DNA of 64,000 bases from an uncultured Acidobacteriota bacterium. Its GTDB lineage: Bacteria > Acidobacteriota > Vicinamibacteria > Vicinamibacterales > 2-12-FULL-66-21. Shown here in pieces: positions 20,992 to 31,635 of the stretch. Below the pieces are notes generated by a model. It made no database searches and had not been told where the DNA came from. It saw nothing but the letters and a program-made list of their open reading frames with translations. The stretch is taken from positions 25,753 through 89,752 of the forward strand of contig CAWHNN010000022.1 of NCBI GenBank assembly GCA_963830815.1, given 5' to 3'. Positions within the stretch are counted from its first letter, which is position 1, and each line of letters opens with the position of its first letter. The translations under genes and the position numbers were made by a program.

Positions 20992-22869
20992 TCAGCGGCC
21001 GGAACCGCTGTCGACTTCGATCGTCAGCAGTCGCGACCCGGAGACCGCCGAATCCATCGGCAGCTCCCATTCGCCGACGGTGGCGCTGCGCATCGGCGTG
21101 AAACTGCCGCCGTTGCGGTCGCTCTCGAGCACCGACAGGACCGACGGCGGCAATGCCGCCATGGCTTCGCCGTTGACCACGGCGCCGGGCGTGCCGCTCA
21201 GCAGCCTGACGTAGACGCGATTGTTGCGCCGCGTGTCGTTCAGCAGCCGCAGCAGCTGGGTGACCGTCTGCGGCTCGAGCGTCCGCCGGGCGTCGCGTTG
21301 TTCGAGGACGTTGAGCTGACGGCCGTCGCTGACGAGGATCGACAAGCGGCCGGAGGCGTTCGCCGGAATCTCGATCGGAATCGTCGAGATCTTCTCCTCG
21401 CCGCGGAAGCTCTTCGTCAGGATCTTGAGCGGCGTCGTCCGGCCGGCACGCGGCCGGATGTCGTCGAGCCAGACGCGCTCGATCGTGACGCGCCGCGGCA
21501 CTTCCGCCGACGAGATCGTGACGTCCAGGCTTTCAATCGTGATCGGCTCGATATCGTTGCCGAGCAGCATTGTCAGCGGACCGGCAATGGCGGTCGAGGC
21601 GCCGAGGATCGGTGAGTCGCCGGCAAAGACATCGTCGAGCACCAGCGGGTCGTGCCCCTTGATCGTCGCGCGGCTCTTGACGGCAATCGTCGACGCGCCG
21701 AACTGGCGTTCGTACGCCGCCAGCGTATTGAACATCGACACGTAGGCGATGAGCGGCGTGAACATCTGATCGTTGACGATCGCGTACTTGAACGTCCGCT
21801 TCTGCGTGTCCTGCGCGCCGCCAGCGGGCGTCCCATCAGCCGACCGTTCGATCGTCACCGTCATCGGCACGAGAGCCGGGCCCTTGCCGAGCGTGCCGGC
21901 GATGGCCGTCGCGCGATCCTGTGTCATCGTGCCGATGGTTTCGCCCATCGACGAGATCTTGAAGGACGTCAGCAGGCTGGGCAGGATCGTGTAGACGTAG
22001 GCCCGCGTCATCGGGAACTGCGTCGGGCCCAGGTTGTAGAAAGGATGGCCGAACGCGTAGATGCGATCGCCATCGATGTGGGTGATGGTGCCGGTCGCGC
22101 CCATGTCGATGTCGCCGCTTGCGAGCGCGACGCCGATCGCGTCGCCTTCGCGCAGCGGTCCGGCGGGCGCCGCCGGCTGGCTGCCAGCCGTCATGCCGCT
22201 GACCATCGGCGTGAAGCCAGCGTCGCGAAACGCGCCTGACACGAGGTCGACAGTCTCCGGCTCGAAGCCGCCCATGATGAGCGGAACCGAGATCGGACGG
22301 AGCATCGAACCGATCTGCGCACCAGCACTTGGCGAAATGCCGATGGACTGCACGTCGGCCGGGCGGCGCGCGAATGGCGTCAGACGAGCCGATGCCGCGG
22401 CAAGAGTGGCCGCCAGACTCTCGCGCGTGATTGGCAACTCGAGCCGGGCCTGGCCGGTGCCGGCGCGGCGCGGCAGCGGTGTCGCGTCCGTCATCTCCGC
22501 GATGGGCGTGATGCCGGCGATAGGTTCCTTCGAGAAGTTGCCGATCGAATACGAGACGGCGCCGACGAGCCGGTTGTCGATGTAGACAGGGCTGCCGCTC
22601 ATTCCCTGCGCGACACCAGACTCGGCGAGCCCGGCGCCCTCGAGGCGGGCCAGAATCAGGTCCCGTCGCGGCCCTTGAATGTTGCGGAGGACGCCGAGGA
22701 TGTGGACCTTGAAATCCTTGAGCTCAGTGCCCTCGAAAACCGTTCGCCCGACGCCCACCATGCCCGGCCGTACTTCGCTGAGGGGCATCAGTGCAGTCGC
22801 CGCCGGCAAGGAAACCGTAAGCAGGCCCGCGAGCAGGCCAATGACAGCCGCCTGGATCCGTAACTTCAT
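20992..22869 (-). CDS. peptidase S55 (SpoIVB-type serine peptidase) family protein, secreted
   Basis: Intact ORF. I prefer the start at MKLRIQAAVIGLLAGLLTVSLPAATA (signal peptide); the ORF track extends to 22929. The motif GVAQGMSGSPVYIDNRLVGAVSY is typical of the S55 catalytic serine region. Confidence 0.75.
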   Translation of the reverse strand: MKLRIQAAVIGLLAGLLTVSLPAATALMPLSEVRPGMVGVGRTVFEGTELKDFKVHILGVLRNIQGPRRDLILARLEGAGLAESGVAQGMSGSPVYIDNRLVGAVSYSIGNFSKEPIAGITPIAEMTDATPLPRRAGTGQARLELPITRESLAATLAAASARLTPFARRPADVQSIGISPSAGAQIGSMLRPISVPLIMGGFEPETVDLVSGAFRDAGFTPMVSGMTAGSQPAAPAGPLREGDAIGVALASGDIDMGATGTITHIDGDRIYAFGHPFYNLGPTQFPMTRAYVYTILPSLLTSFKISSMGETIGTMTQDRATAIAGTLGKGPALVPMTVTIERSADGTPAGGAQDTQKRTFKYAIVNDQMFTPLIAYVSMFNTLAAYERQFGASTIAVKSRATIKGHDPLVLDDVFAGDSPILGASTAIAGPLTMLLGNDIEPITIESLDVTISSAEVPRRVTIERVWLDDIRPRAGRTTPLKILTKSFRGEEKISTIPIEIPANASGRLSILVSDGRQLNVLEQRDARRTLEPQTVTQLLRLLNDTRRNNRVYVRLLSGTPGAVVNGEAMAALPPSVLSVLESDRNGGSFTPMRSATVGEWELPMDSAVSGSRLLTIEVDSGSGR

Positions 22870-22959
22870 GTGTCTGCAAGGGAAAGGGAAGCTCTCTCCA
22901 GTTATAAGGAGCAACTGGTTGCAGGTCAAGGAGAAAGGTGCTATCGTTCGCTCCTCGGC

Positions 22960-23049
22960 ATGACTCTCTTTATCAGCGCGCGCCGTAACCTTGGGACGAA
23001 GGCGTCCTATTGGTGGTGGTACGCGTGCGCTGAGGGGGCCATCCGCTAG
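22960..23049 (+). CDS. candidate leader peptide MTLFISARRNLGTKASYWWWYACAEGAIR (29 aa), with tandem Tyr-Trp-Trp-Trp-Tyr codons
   Basis: ATG at 22960 and TAG at 23047. TAT TGG TGG TGG TAC occupies 23008..23022. Too short for the ORF track. Immediately followed by antiterminator/terminator elements upstream of the aro-trp operon. No clear Shine-Dalgarno sequence. Confidence 0.55.
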   Translation: MTLFISARRNLGTKASYWWWYACAEGAIR

Positions 23050-23093
23050 CCTGCCAACGGCAGGATACAGGATCTCGACAAAGCCTCCTCAGC
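23029..23093 (+). promoter_or_regulatory. candidate antiterminator pairing of a transcription attenuator
   Basis: GCTGAGGGGGC (23029..23039, inside leader codons 24-27) is complementary to GCCTCCTCAGC (23083..23093, the 5' arm of the terminator): 11 bp with one G.U. The box GCTGAGGGGGC is duplicated at 23100..23110. The hairpin CCTGCC-AAC-GGCAGG lies at 23050..23064. Confidence 0.5.
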
Positions 23094-23123
23094 CTCAGTG
23101 CTGAGGGGGCTTTTTCGCTTTTC
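23081..23123 (+). terminator. intrinsic terminator (attenuator terminator) upstream of aroDE
   Basis: 13-bp stem, AAGCCTCCTCAGC / GCTGAGGGGGCTT (one G.U), with a 6-nt loop CTCAGT, followed by TTTTTCGCTTTT. It lies 29 nt upstream of the aroDE ATG at 23152. Confidence 0.7.
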
Positions 23124-23151
23124 TGGGACTTTTTCCGGTGCTGCGACGCTG

Positions 23152-24641
23152 ATGAATAAACCGCAACTGTGCGTGACGGTCACGGGGCCGACGATGGAGG
23201 ATCTCCGGCGCAGCCGGGATGCCGCCATCGACGCCGACCTCGTCGAGCTGCGGCTCGACCTGGTGGAGCGCCCCGATGTTGCCGGAGCGCTTCACGGCCG
23301 CCGGACGCCAGTCATCGTGACGTGCCGTGCATCGTGGGAGGGCGGACGGTTCATCGGCAGCGAGGAAGAACGGCGGCGGATACTCGAATCGGCGATCGCG
23401 CTCGGTGCCGAATACGTCGACGTCGAAGCGGCCGCTGAGTTCGCGCCGCAGCTCATCGCCTCCCGTTCCGGCCGCGGCATCGTCGCGTCATCCCACATCT
23501 TCGATCCACTCCAGTCGATCTCCGTGCTCGCTTCGCCGCCGTGCGGGCTCTCGGCGCCGAGGTGTCGAAGCTTGCGGTTCAGGTCGAATCGCTTTCGAGC
23601 AGCCTGCCGCTCTTCGAAATCGGCGCGGAGGAGTCAGGACGCGACGGCCGACGGGCATGTGCTGCTGGCGATGGGCAATCAGGGCGTCGCCACGCGGATT
23701 CTTGCGGCGCGGCTGCGGAACCGCTGGACGTTTGCCGGAGACGGCGTGGCCCCCGGACAAATGCCGGCTTCGCGCCTGCTGCAGGAGTATCGATATAGGC
23801 AGATCGACGCCGAGACGGCGCTCTACGGCGTGGTCGGAAACCCGATCCTGCACTCGAGGTCGCCGGTCATGCACAACGCGGGGTTCGGCGCGCTCGGCCT
23901 GAACGCCGTGTACGTGCCTCTCGAAGCGCGTGACGCGGCCGACTTCATCACGCTTCGCCGAGCGCCTCGGACTGCGCGGCGCAAGCATCACGGCACCGTT
24001 CAAGCTCGCACTCATGCCGCGCGCTGACGAGATAGACGAGTTGGCGGTCGCGCGTCGGGCGCGATCAACACGCTGACCATTCGCGACGGCAAGTGGCTGG
24101 GCGCCAACACGGACGTCGAGGGGTTTCTTTCGCCGCTGCTTCAGCGCACCGCGCTCGCCGGGCACGCGCGTATCGATCCTCGGTTCAGGCGGCGCGGCGC
24201 GCGCTGTCGCGGTCGCGGCGGCGAGCCGGCAGGCCGTCGTGACGGTCGCGGCGAGAACGCGAGGGCGCGCGGGCCATCGCCGCACTGGTTGGCGGCACGG
24301 TCGGGGACTTTCCGCCGCAACGCGGCAGCTGGGACGTGCTCGTCAACGCCACGCCGGTCGGCAGCCACAAGATGCCCGGCACGCCAATGGCGGGTGCGGC
24401 GCTCGACGGCGACGTCGTTTTCGATCTCGTGTACGCGCCACTCGAAACCGAGCTTCTACGCGACGCACGGACTGCTGGCTGCCGCACGATCGACGGCCTC
24501 GAGATGCTGATCGCGCAGGCGGAGCGGCAATTCGAACTGTGGACCGGGCAGCGGCCGCCCGCCGGACTCTTCGCCGCCGCGGCAACCAACAGCAGTGGCC
24601 TGGCGGCAACGGCCGATAAAGCGACAGGAAAAGGACTGTGA
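23152..24641 (+). CDS. bifunctional 3-dehydroquinate dehydratase (type I) / shikimate dehydrogenase fusion; at least four frame interruptions
   Basis: AroD part: MNKPQLCVTVTGPTMEDL...LVELRLD...GAEYVDVE, with MRALGAEVSKLAVQ in ORF 23541... AroE part: YGVVGNPILHSRSPVMHNAGFGALGLNAVYVPLEA, and the C-terminus NATPVGSHKMPG...ETELLRDARTAGCRTIDGLEMLIAQAERQFELWTG (ORF 24336..24641). Confidence 0.85.
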
Positions 24642-26144
24642 AGCCGGACATGAAGCAGACAACGTACGAAGAGTTCGTGGAGCTCGCGCGGCGCGGCACG
24701 TTCGTGCCGGTCGTCAAGGAGATCATCGCCGACCTGCTGACGCCGGTCTCGGCGTTCCTCAAGATCGCCGAGCACTCCGACTACGCCTTTCTCTTCGAGA
24801 GCGTGGAGGGCGGCGAACAGGTCGCGCGCTATTCGTTCCTCGGCAAGGATCCCTTCCTCGTGCTGCGCGCCGAGGACGGTAGAACGACGATCGAGCAGTC
24901 AGGGACGACGACCGAGCAGCGAGGAAGCGTTCGTTCCGGCGCTGCGCCGGCTGATGGCCGACCTGCAATCGCCGTTCGTGCCGGGGCTGCCGCGATTCAC
25001 CGGCGGCGCCGTCGGTTTCATCGGCTATGACGCCTCGCCGATCTTCGAACCGGCGCTCGAAGGGCGCGTGGAAGGAAGCGGGCGCCAGGACCGGCGAGAC
25101 CGCTGGCAAGGAAGACGACGCCGGCTTCATGCTGTTCGACACCGTGCTGGCGTTCGATCACGTGAAGCACAGGATTCTGATCATCGCCAACGCCCGGATC
25201 ACGGCCGACGAGGATCTGCGCGCGCTCTATCAGTTCGCGTGCGCCAAGATCCAGTTCCTCGAACGCGAGCTCGAGCGCGGGTTGTCGCAGCCCGAGCCCG
25301 AAGACGCGGCCGAGCTCGACGTCCGCGCCAACCAGACGAAGGACGTCTTCGAAAGCGGCGTGCGGACGATCAAGGAGCGGATCGCCGCCGGCGACATCTA
25401 CCAGGCGGTCCTGTCGCAGCGGTTCGAGGCCGACGTCAAGGCCGATCCCTTCACCGTGTATCGCGCGCTTCGCCACGTCAATCCGTCGCCGTACATGTAT
25501 TTCATGCGCATGGGCGGCCTGGCGATCGTCGGATCGTCGCCGGAGATGCTCGTCCGCGTCGAAGGACGACGGGTGGAGACGCACCCGATTGCCGGCACGC
25601 GGCCGCGCGGCACGAATGACGAAGAGGACCTGCGGCTGGCAGAGGAGCTCAAGCGCAACGAGAAGGAGCGCGCCGAGCACGTCATGCTCGTCGATCTCGG
25701 GCGCAACGATCTCGGGCGCGTCTGCGAATACGGGTCCGTCCGCGTGCCGCAGTACATGTCCCTCGAGCGCTACTCGCACGTCATGCATCTCGTCTCCACC
25801 GTCGATGGCCGCCTCGCCGAGGATCGCGACCATCTCGACGCGCTGGTCGCGTGCTTCCCGGCCGGCACGGTGTCCGGCGCGCCGAAGATCCGCGCGATGC
25901 AGATCCTCTCCGAGCTCGAGCCGACGCGCCGCGAGATCTACGCCGGCGCCGTCGGCTACGTCGACTTTGCCGGCAATCTGGACTTCTGCATCGCGATTCG
26001 CACCATCACGATTCGAGACGGCCGCGCCCACGTGCAGGCGGGCGCAGGAATCGTCGCGGACTCGAACCCCGCGGCGGAATACGAGGAGACGCGCGACAAA
26101 GCGCGGGCGATGCTGCAGGCACTCGCTATGGCGGAAGCGGGACT

Positions 26145-26148
<4 letters not shown>
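24638..26148 (+). CDS. trpE: anthranilate synthase component I; two frame interruptions (about 24930 and about 25070)
   Basis: GTG start overlaps the aroDE stop (GTGA). LLTPVSAFLKI, FTGGAVGFIGYD, then an uninterrupted C-terminal block of about 350 aa with IAGTRPRG, LVDLGRNDLGRV and GAVGYVDFAGNLDFCIAIRT. Confidence 0.9.
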
Positions 26149-26703
<555 letters not shown>

Positions 26704-26707
<4 letters not shown>

Positions 26708-27733
26708 TGTTCGCCGCGCTGCTCGAAAAGCTCCAGCGTCGACAGGACCTCACGGTCGAGGAATCGGCCGCGGCGATGGAAGAGATCATGGAAGGCCGCG
26801 CGCAGAGCGCGCAGATTGCCGGGCTGCTCATCGGGCTCGCGATGAAGGGTGAGCGTCCGTCCGAGGTCGTCGGGCTGGCGCGTACCATGCGCTCGCGGGC
26901 GACCCGCCTGTCGCGGCAGTTCTCTGACGTCTTCGATACGTGCGGCACCGGCGGCGACCGCGCGCACACGTTCAACGTCTCGACCGTCTCCGCGCTCGAT
27001 CGTCGCGGCCTGCGGCGTCAGGGTCGCGAAACACGGCAACCGGTCGGTGTCCAGCCGCTGCGGCAGCGCCGACCTCTTCGAGGCGCTTGGCGTCAACATC
27101 AGCGCCACGCCGGCGGTGGTCGAGCGCTGCCTGGAGCAGGCCGGCATCGCGTTCTTCTTCGCGCCCACCTTCCATCCGTCGATGCGCCACGCTGGCCCGA
27201 CGCGAAAAGATCTCGGCGTGCGCACGGCATTCAATCTTCTTGGACCGCTGACGAATCCCGCGGGCGCCGAGCGGCAGCTGGTCGGCGTGCCCCGGCCGGA
27301 ACTGACCGAGCTCGTCGCGCGCTCGCTCGGGATGCTGGGATCCACGCGCGCCTGGGTCGTGCACGGCGCTGACGGGCTCGACGAGATCTCGACGACCGGG
27401 TACACGAAGGTGTCGGAGTATCGAGACGGGGCAGTCAACACGTTCTATATCCATCCGGCTGACGTCGGCCTGCCGAAAGCGGCGCCAGAGGCGTTGCGCG
27501 GCGCCGATGCCGCGGAGAATGCGCGCATTGCCCGCGACGTGCTGAATGGCACCGCAGGCGCGCCGCGCGACATCGTGCTGCTCAATGCCGGCGCGTCGCT
27601 GCTCATCGCTGGCGCGGTACCCGATCTGTCCACTGGCATCAGCCGCGCCGCCGCCGCCCTCGAGTCCGGAGCAGCCGCCGCGACACTGGAGCAGTTGACC
27701 GCGATCTCGAATGCCGCGCCGGAGGCAGCGTGA
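26704..27733 (+). CDS. trpD: anthranilate phosphoribosyltransferase; one frame interruption near 26995
   Basis: [18 protein letters not shown] in one frame, then [30 protein letters not shown]...GPLTNPAG in ORF 26849..27733. Confidence 0.9.
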
Positions 27734-28577
27734 TGTCGTCAACCGCGAGCCACAGCGCACGACCGGCCTCGAGCTCCGATCTGCTCGAGACGATCGTCGC
27801 CGCTACGCGGCATTCCGTCGAAGCCGCATGCGGACGGCATCGGCCGAGGAGCTGCTGCGTCGCAGCGCGTATGTGCCGAACGGCGCGCGCCTTTCGATAC
27901 GCGCTGCGCTCGTCTCCGGCGCCGCGGGTCATCGCGGAGTGCAAGCGCCGCTCGCCGTCGAAGGGAATCCTGCGCAAGGACTACGACGCCGGCCGCACAC
28001 GCCGCGGCATATGCGGCGGCGTGCCGCGGCGGCAATCTCGGTACTGACCGAGCCGACGTTCTTCGACGGCAGCCTCGATCACCTCGCGCAGGTCCGCGCA
28101 GCGGTCGCCGTACCGCTGCTGCGCAAGGATTTCATCGTCACATGAATACCAGCTGGCGGAAGCTGTCGCCAACGGCGCGGATGCGGTGCTCCTGATTGTG
28201 GGCGCGCTCGACGACGAGGACCTCCGCGCGCTCAGCAGCAAGGCGGCTGCGCTTGGACTTGCGACGCTTGTCGAAGTCCACGATCGGGAAGAGCTCGCTC
28301 GGGCACTCGACGCCGGCGCCGACGATCGTCGGCGTCAACAGCCGCAACCTGCGCACGTTGAGCGTCGATCAGCGGCGTCCTCGAAGATCTCGCGCCGTCG
28401 ATTCCCGCGGCTGTCACCGCCGTCGCGGAGAGCGGTATCCGCACGACCGCCGATATCGAGCGGCTGAGCGCCGCCGGCTACTCGGCGTTCCTCGTCGGCG
28501 AGCGGCTCATCGTCGAGCCGGATCCGGCGCGGCGCTGCGAGCGTTGCGGACGGCAGCGTGTCGCAGGGGCCGCATGA
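27730..28577 (+). CDS. trpC: indole-3-glycerol phosphate synthase; at least four frame interruptions, including a TGA at 28143..28145 inside the conserved KDFI..YQ motif
   Basis: [32 protein letters not shown]...[33 protein letters not shown]...[22 protein letters not shown] and [13 protein letters not shown] are each in different frames. Confidence 0.9.
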
Positions 28578-29207
28578 CGCGCGTGAAGATCTGCGGCATC
28601 CGGCGCGTTGAAGACGCGGTCCTGGCTGTCGAGCTTGGCGCGGACGCGATCGGGTTCGTCTTCTGGCCACGGAGCCCACGGTTCATCGATCCCTTCGCAG
28701 CGCGCGCGATCGTCAGGGCGTTGCCGCCCTTCGTGACGACCGTGGGGGTGTTCGTCGATCAGCCCGTGGCATTTGTCATCGGGGTGGCGCAGCTGCTGGG
28801 CCTTGGCGCCATTCAGCTGCACGGGAGCGAGGACGCCTGCGGCATATGCCGGTGCCGCGGCGCGCATCATCAAGTCGGTTGCGGTCGTCGAAGGCGGCGA
28901 CTGCATGCCGGTAGTGCGTGATGTGCCGCTCAACGCGACCGTTCTTCTCGACGCGCACGACCCGATCAAGCGCGGCGGAACCGGCCGCGCCATCGACTGG
29001 AAGCAGGCGGCCGCAGCGGCGAAGGTGCGGCCAGTCATTTTGTCGGGGGGATTGAATGCCGATAACGTCGGCGACGCGATCGCCGCGGTCTCTCCGTACG
29101 CCATCGACGTCTCGTCCGGCGTGGAGTCGGAACCGGGAATAAAGGACGCGGGCAAGTTGCGGACGCTTTTCGCCGCACTTGCTCAGCGCGAAGCCAGAAC
29201 CATATGA
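28574..29207 (+). CDS. trpF: phosphoribosylanthranilate isomerase; one frame interruption near 28840
   Basis: [36 protein letters not shown]..., then ...LLDAHDPIKRGGTGRAIDW...ILSGGLNADNV...IDVSSGVE. ATGA overlaps at both ends. Confidence 0.9.
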
Positions 29208-30479
29208 ATTCTTCTTCACCTCCTGCTCGAATCCTGTCAAGTCCTTCTTCAAGTCCTTCTTTCGGCCAGCGCGATCCAGATATCCGCGGCTACTACGGAC
29301 CCTACGGCGGGCGCTTCGTCCCCGAGACGCTCGTCGCGCCGGTGGCTGAGCTCGAAGCTGCATACTTCGCGGCGCGCAGCGACCGCTTCGTTTCGCGAAG
29401 AACTGAGCGGGCTGCTTCGCCACTATGTCGGACGCCCGACGCCGCTCTTCGAAGCCAGGCGTCTGTCGTCGGCGCTCGGCGGCGCGCGCCTGCTGCTCAA
29501 GCGCGAGGATCTGGCGCATACCGGCGCGCACAAGATCAACAACGCGCTCGGCCAGGCACTGCTCGCCAAGCGGATGGGGAAGCGCCGGGTCATCGCCGAG
29601 ACCGGAGCCGGGCAGCACGGCGTTGCCACGGCGACAGCCTGCGCGCTCCTCGGGCTCGTCGTGCGACGTCTACATGGGCGCCGACGACATGGAGCGGCAG
29701 GCGCTCAACGTTTTCCGCATGGAGCTGCTCGGGGCCACGGTTCGCAAGGTCGACAGCGGCAGCCGCACGCTGAAGGACGCGATCAACGAAGCGATGCGCG
29801 ATTGGGTGGCCACGGTGGCTGACAGCTACTACCTTCTGGGCTCGGTGCTGGGCCCGCACCCGTACCCGTTGATGGTCCGCGAGTTCCAATCGGTCATCGG
29901 CGAGGAGGCGAAGCGGCAATGCCAGGAGCTCCTCGGCGGCCTGCCCGACGTCGTCGTCGCCTGTGTCGGCGGCGGTAGCAACGCGCATGGGGATCTTCGA
30001 CGCCTTCATCGCCGAGCCGAGCGTGCGCCTCATCGGCGTCGAAGCCGGCGGCCATGGCATCACGCCGGGCGAGCACGCGGCGCGATTCGCCGGCGGCAGT
30101 TCCGGAGTGCTGCAGGGGACCAAGACCTACGTCCTCCAGGATGCCGACGGAAATATCGAGCTGACGCATTCCATCTCGGCCGGCCTCGACTACGCCGCCG
30201 TCGGTCCCGAGCATGCGTGGCTTCACGACTCGGGCCGCGCCGAGTACGCGTGGATTGGCGATGACGACGCGTTCAGCGCGTTTCAACGGCTGGCGCGGGA
30301 AGAAGGGATCATTCCGGCGCTGGAGTCGGCACACGCCATCGCGCACGCCATTCGTATCGCGCCATGGCTCGGCGCCGACGATGTCGTGCTCGTGAATCTG
30401 TCGGGGCGCGGCGACAAGGACGTGATGAGCGTGCAGAAGCGGCTGGCGACGGCGCCGCGAGAAGGCCGAGGCGCAGTGA
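29204..30479 (+). CDS. trpB: tryptophan synthase beta chain; at least three frame interruptions; no in-frame stop before trpA in the final frame
   Basis: [51 protein letters not shown] and [10 protein letters not shown] are spread over four ORF-track frames. A TGA at 30477 overlaps the trpA ATG but is out of frame with the last segment. Confidence 0.9.
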
Positions 30480-31228
30480 TGTCGCGGCTGGCACAGACGT
30501 TCGAGCGACTGCGCACTGCCAAGCGCGGCGGCCTCGTCACCTACCTGACCGCCGGCGATCCTGACGCCGATCGTTCCGTCGATCTCCTCGTCGCCGTCGC
30601 GCAGGCAGGCGCGGACGTGCTCGAAGTCGGCGTGCCGTTCTCCGATCCGCTGGCGGACGGGCCGGTGATCCAGCGCGCCAGCGAAAGGGCGCTCGCCGGC
30701 GGCATGACCTGCGCGGCGTCCTCGAGGTCGTTCGCCGCGTCCGGGCCGAGGTCGACACGCCCATCGTTCTCTTCACCTACGCCAACCCGGTCGTGCGGAT
30801 GGATCCGCAGGTCTTCGCGCGGACTGCTGCCGACGCCGGCGTCGACGGCGTGCTGATCCTCGACTATCCCGTCGAGGAGGCGGAGCCGCTGCGCACGCCG
30901 CTGCTCGACGCCGGCCTCGATCCGATCTTCCTGATCAGCCCGACGACGAGCGAAGAGCGGATTCGAAAGTCGGCCGAGCTCGGCGCCGGATTTCTCTACG
31001 TGATCTCGCGGCTTGGTGTCACGGGCGTGCGCGATCGGCTGCCCGAGGACGTCGGCGAGCTGATGGAGCGCGTTCGCGCGCTGCGCGGATCTGCCGGTGG
31101 CGCTCGGCTTCGGGATCGCGCACCCGTCGCAGGTCGCCGAAGCCTGCCGCGTGGCCGATGCCGCCGTCGTCGGAAGCGCGCTGGTCAACGTCGTGGCAGA
31201 GCACGCCGCGCTCCGCAAAGGTGAGTGA
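30479..31228 (+). CDS. trpA: tryptophan synthase alpha chain; two frame interruptions
   Basis: [11 protein letters not shown]...[20 protein letters not shown], then VLFTYANPV...[11 protein letters not shown]...[13 protein letters not shown], then LPVALGFGI...AAVVGSALV. Confidence 0.9.
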
Positions 31229-31249
31229 GCATGCAAGCGAGTATGTGCG

Positions 31250-31627
31250 GTGGCTGAAGAACAGCCTGTAGACGGCCTCGCCGAGCTGCGCCGGAAGATC
31301 GACGCGCTCGATGAGCAGCTCGTGCGCCTGCTCAACGCCCGCGCGGCCTGCGCGCTCGAAATCGGCCGCGTCAAGAAGACACGCCGGGCTGCCGATCTAC
31401 CAGCCGTCGCGGGAGACCGAGGTGCTCGGGCACGTCCAGTCGATCAATCCCGGGCCGCTCGACGACGGGGCCGTGCGGCGGCTGTTCGAGCGCATCATCG
31501 ACGAGGCCGGCGGCTGGAGCGGATTGCGGAAGGGCATGTCGGCAGAAGACGGAATCGCATCGAGCGCAAGATCGCGCTGGTAGGACGGCCGTCCATCGGG
31601 CCGGCCGGTAATGCTGTGAAACAATAG
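31250..31627 (+). CDS. chorismate mutase (AroQ class); one or two frame interruptions; 3' end uncertain (31583 or 31627)
   Basis: LAELRRKIDALDEQLVRLLNARAACALEIGRVKK, then PIYQPSRETEVLGHVQSINPGPLDDGAVRRLFERIIDEA in the neighbouring frame. Confidence 0.75.
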   Translation: MAEEQPVDGLAELRRKIDALDEQLVRLLNARAACALEIGRVKKTRRAADLPAVAGDRGARARPVDQSRAARRRGRAAAVRAHHRRGRRLERIAEGHVGRRRNRIERKIALVGRPSIGPAGNAVKQ

Positions 31628-31635
31628 AGGATCCA

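Noticed and set aside
20992-22929. SpoIVB homologue as evidence for a sporulation locus.
   Set aside because: No other sporulation genes are present, and the organism has diderm markers (BamD, AMIN-amidase). S55 peptidases occur widely outside spore-formers.
23098-23151. N-terminal extension of aroDE offered by the ORF track (MLRGLFRFSGTFSGAATL...).
   Set aside because: The extension starts inside the terminator hairpin and U-tract. The conserved AroD N-terminus begins at MNKPQLCVTVTG (ATG at 23152).
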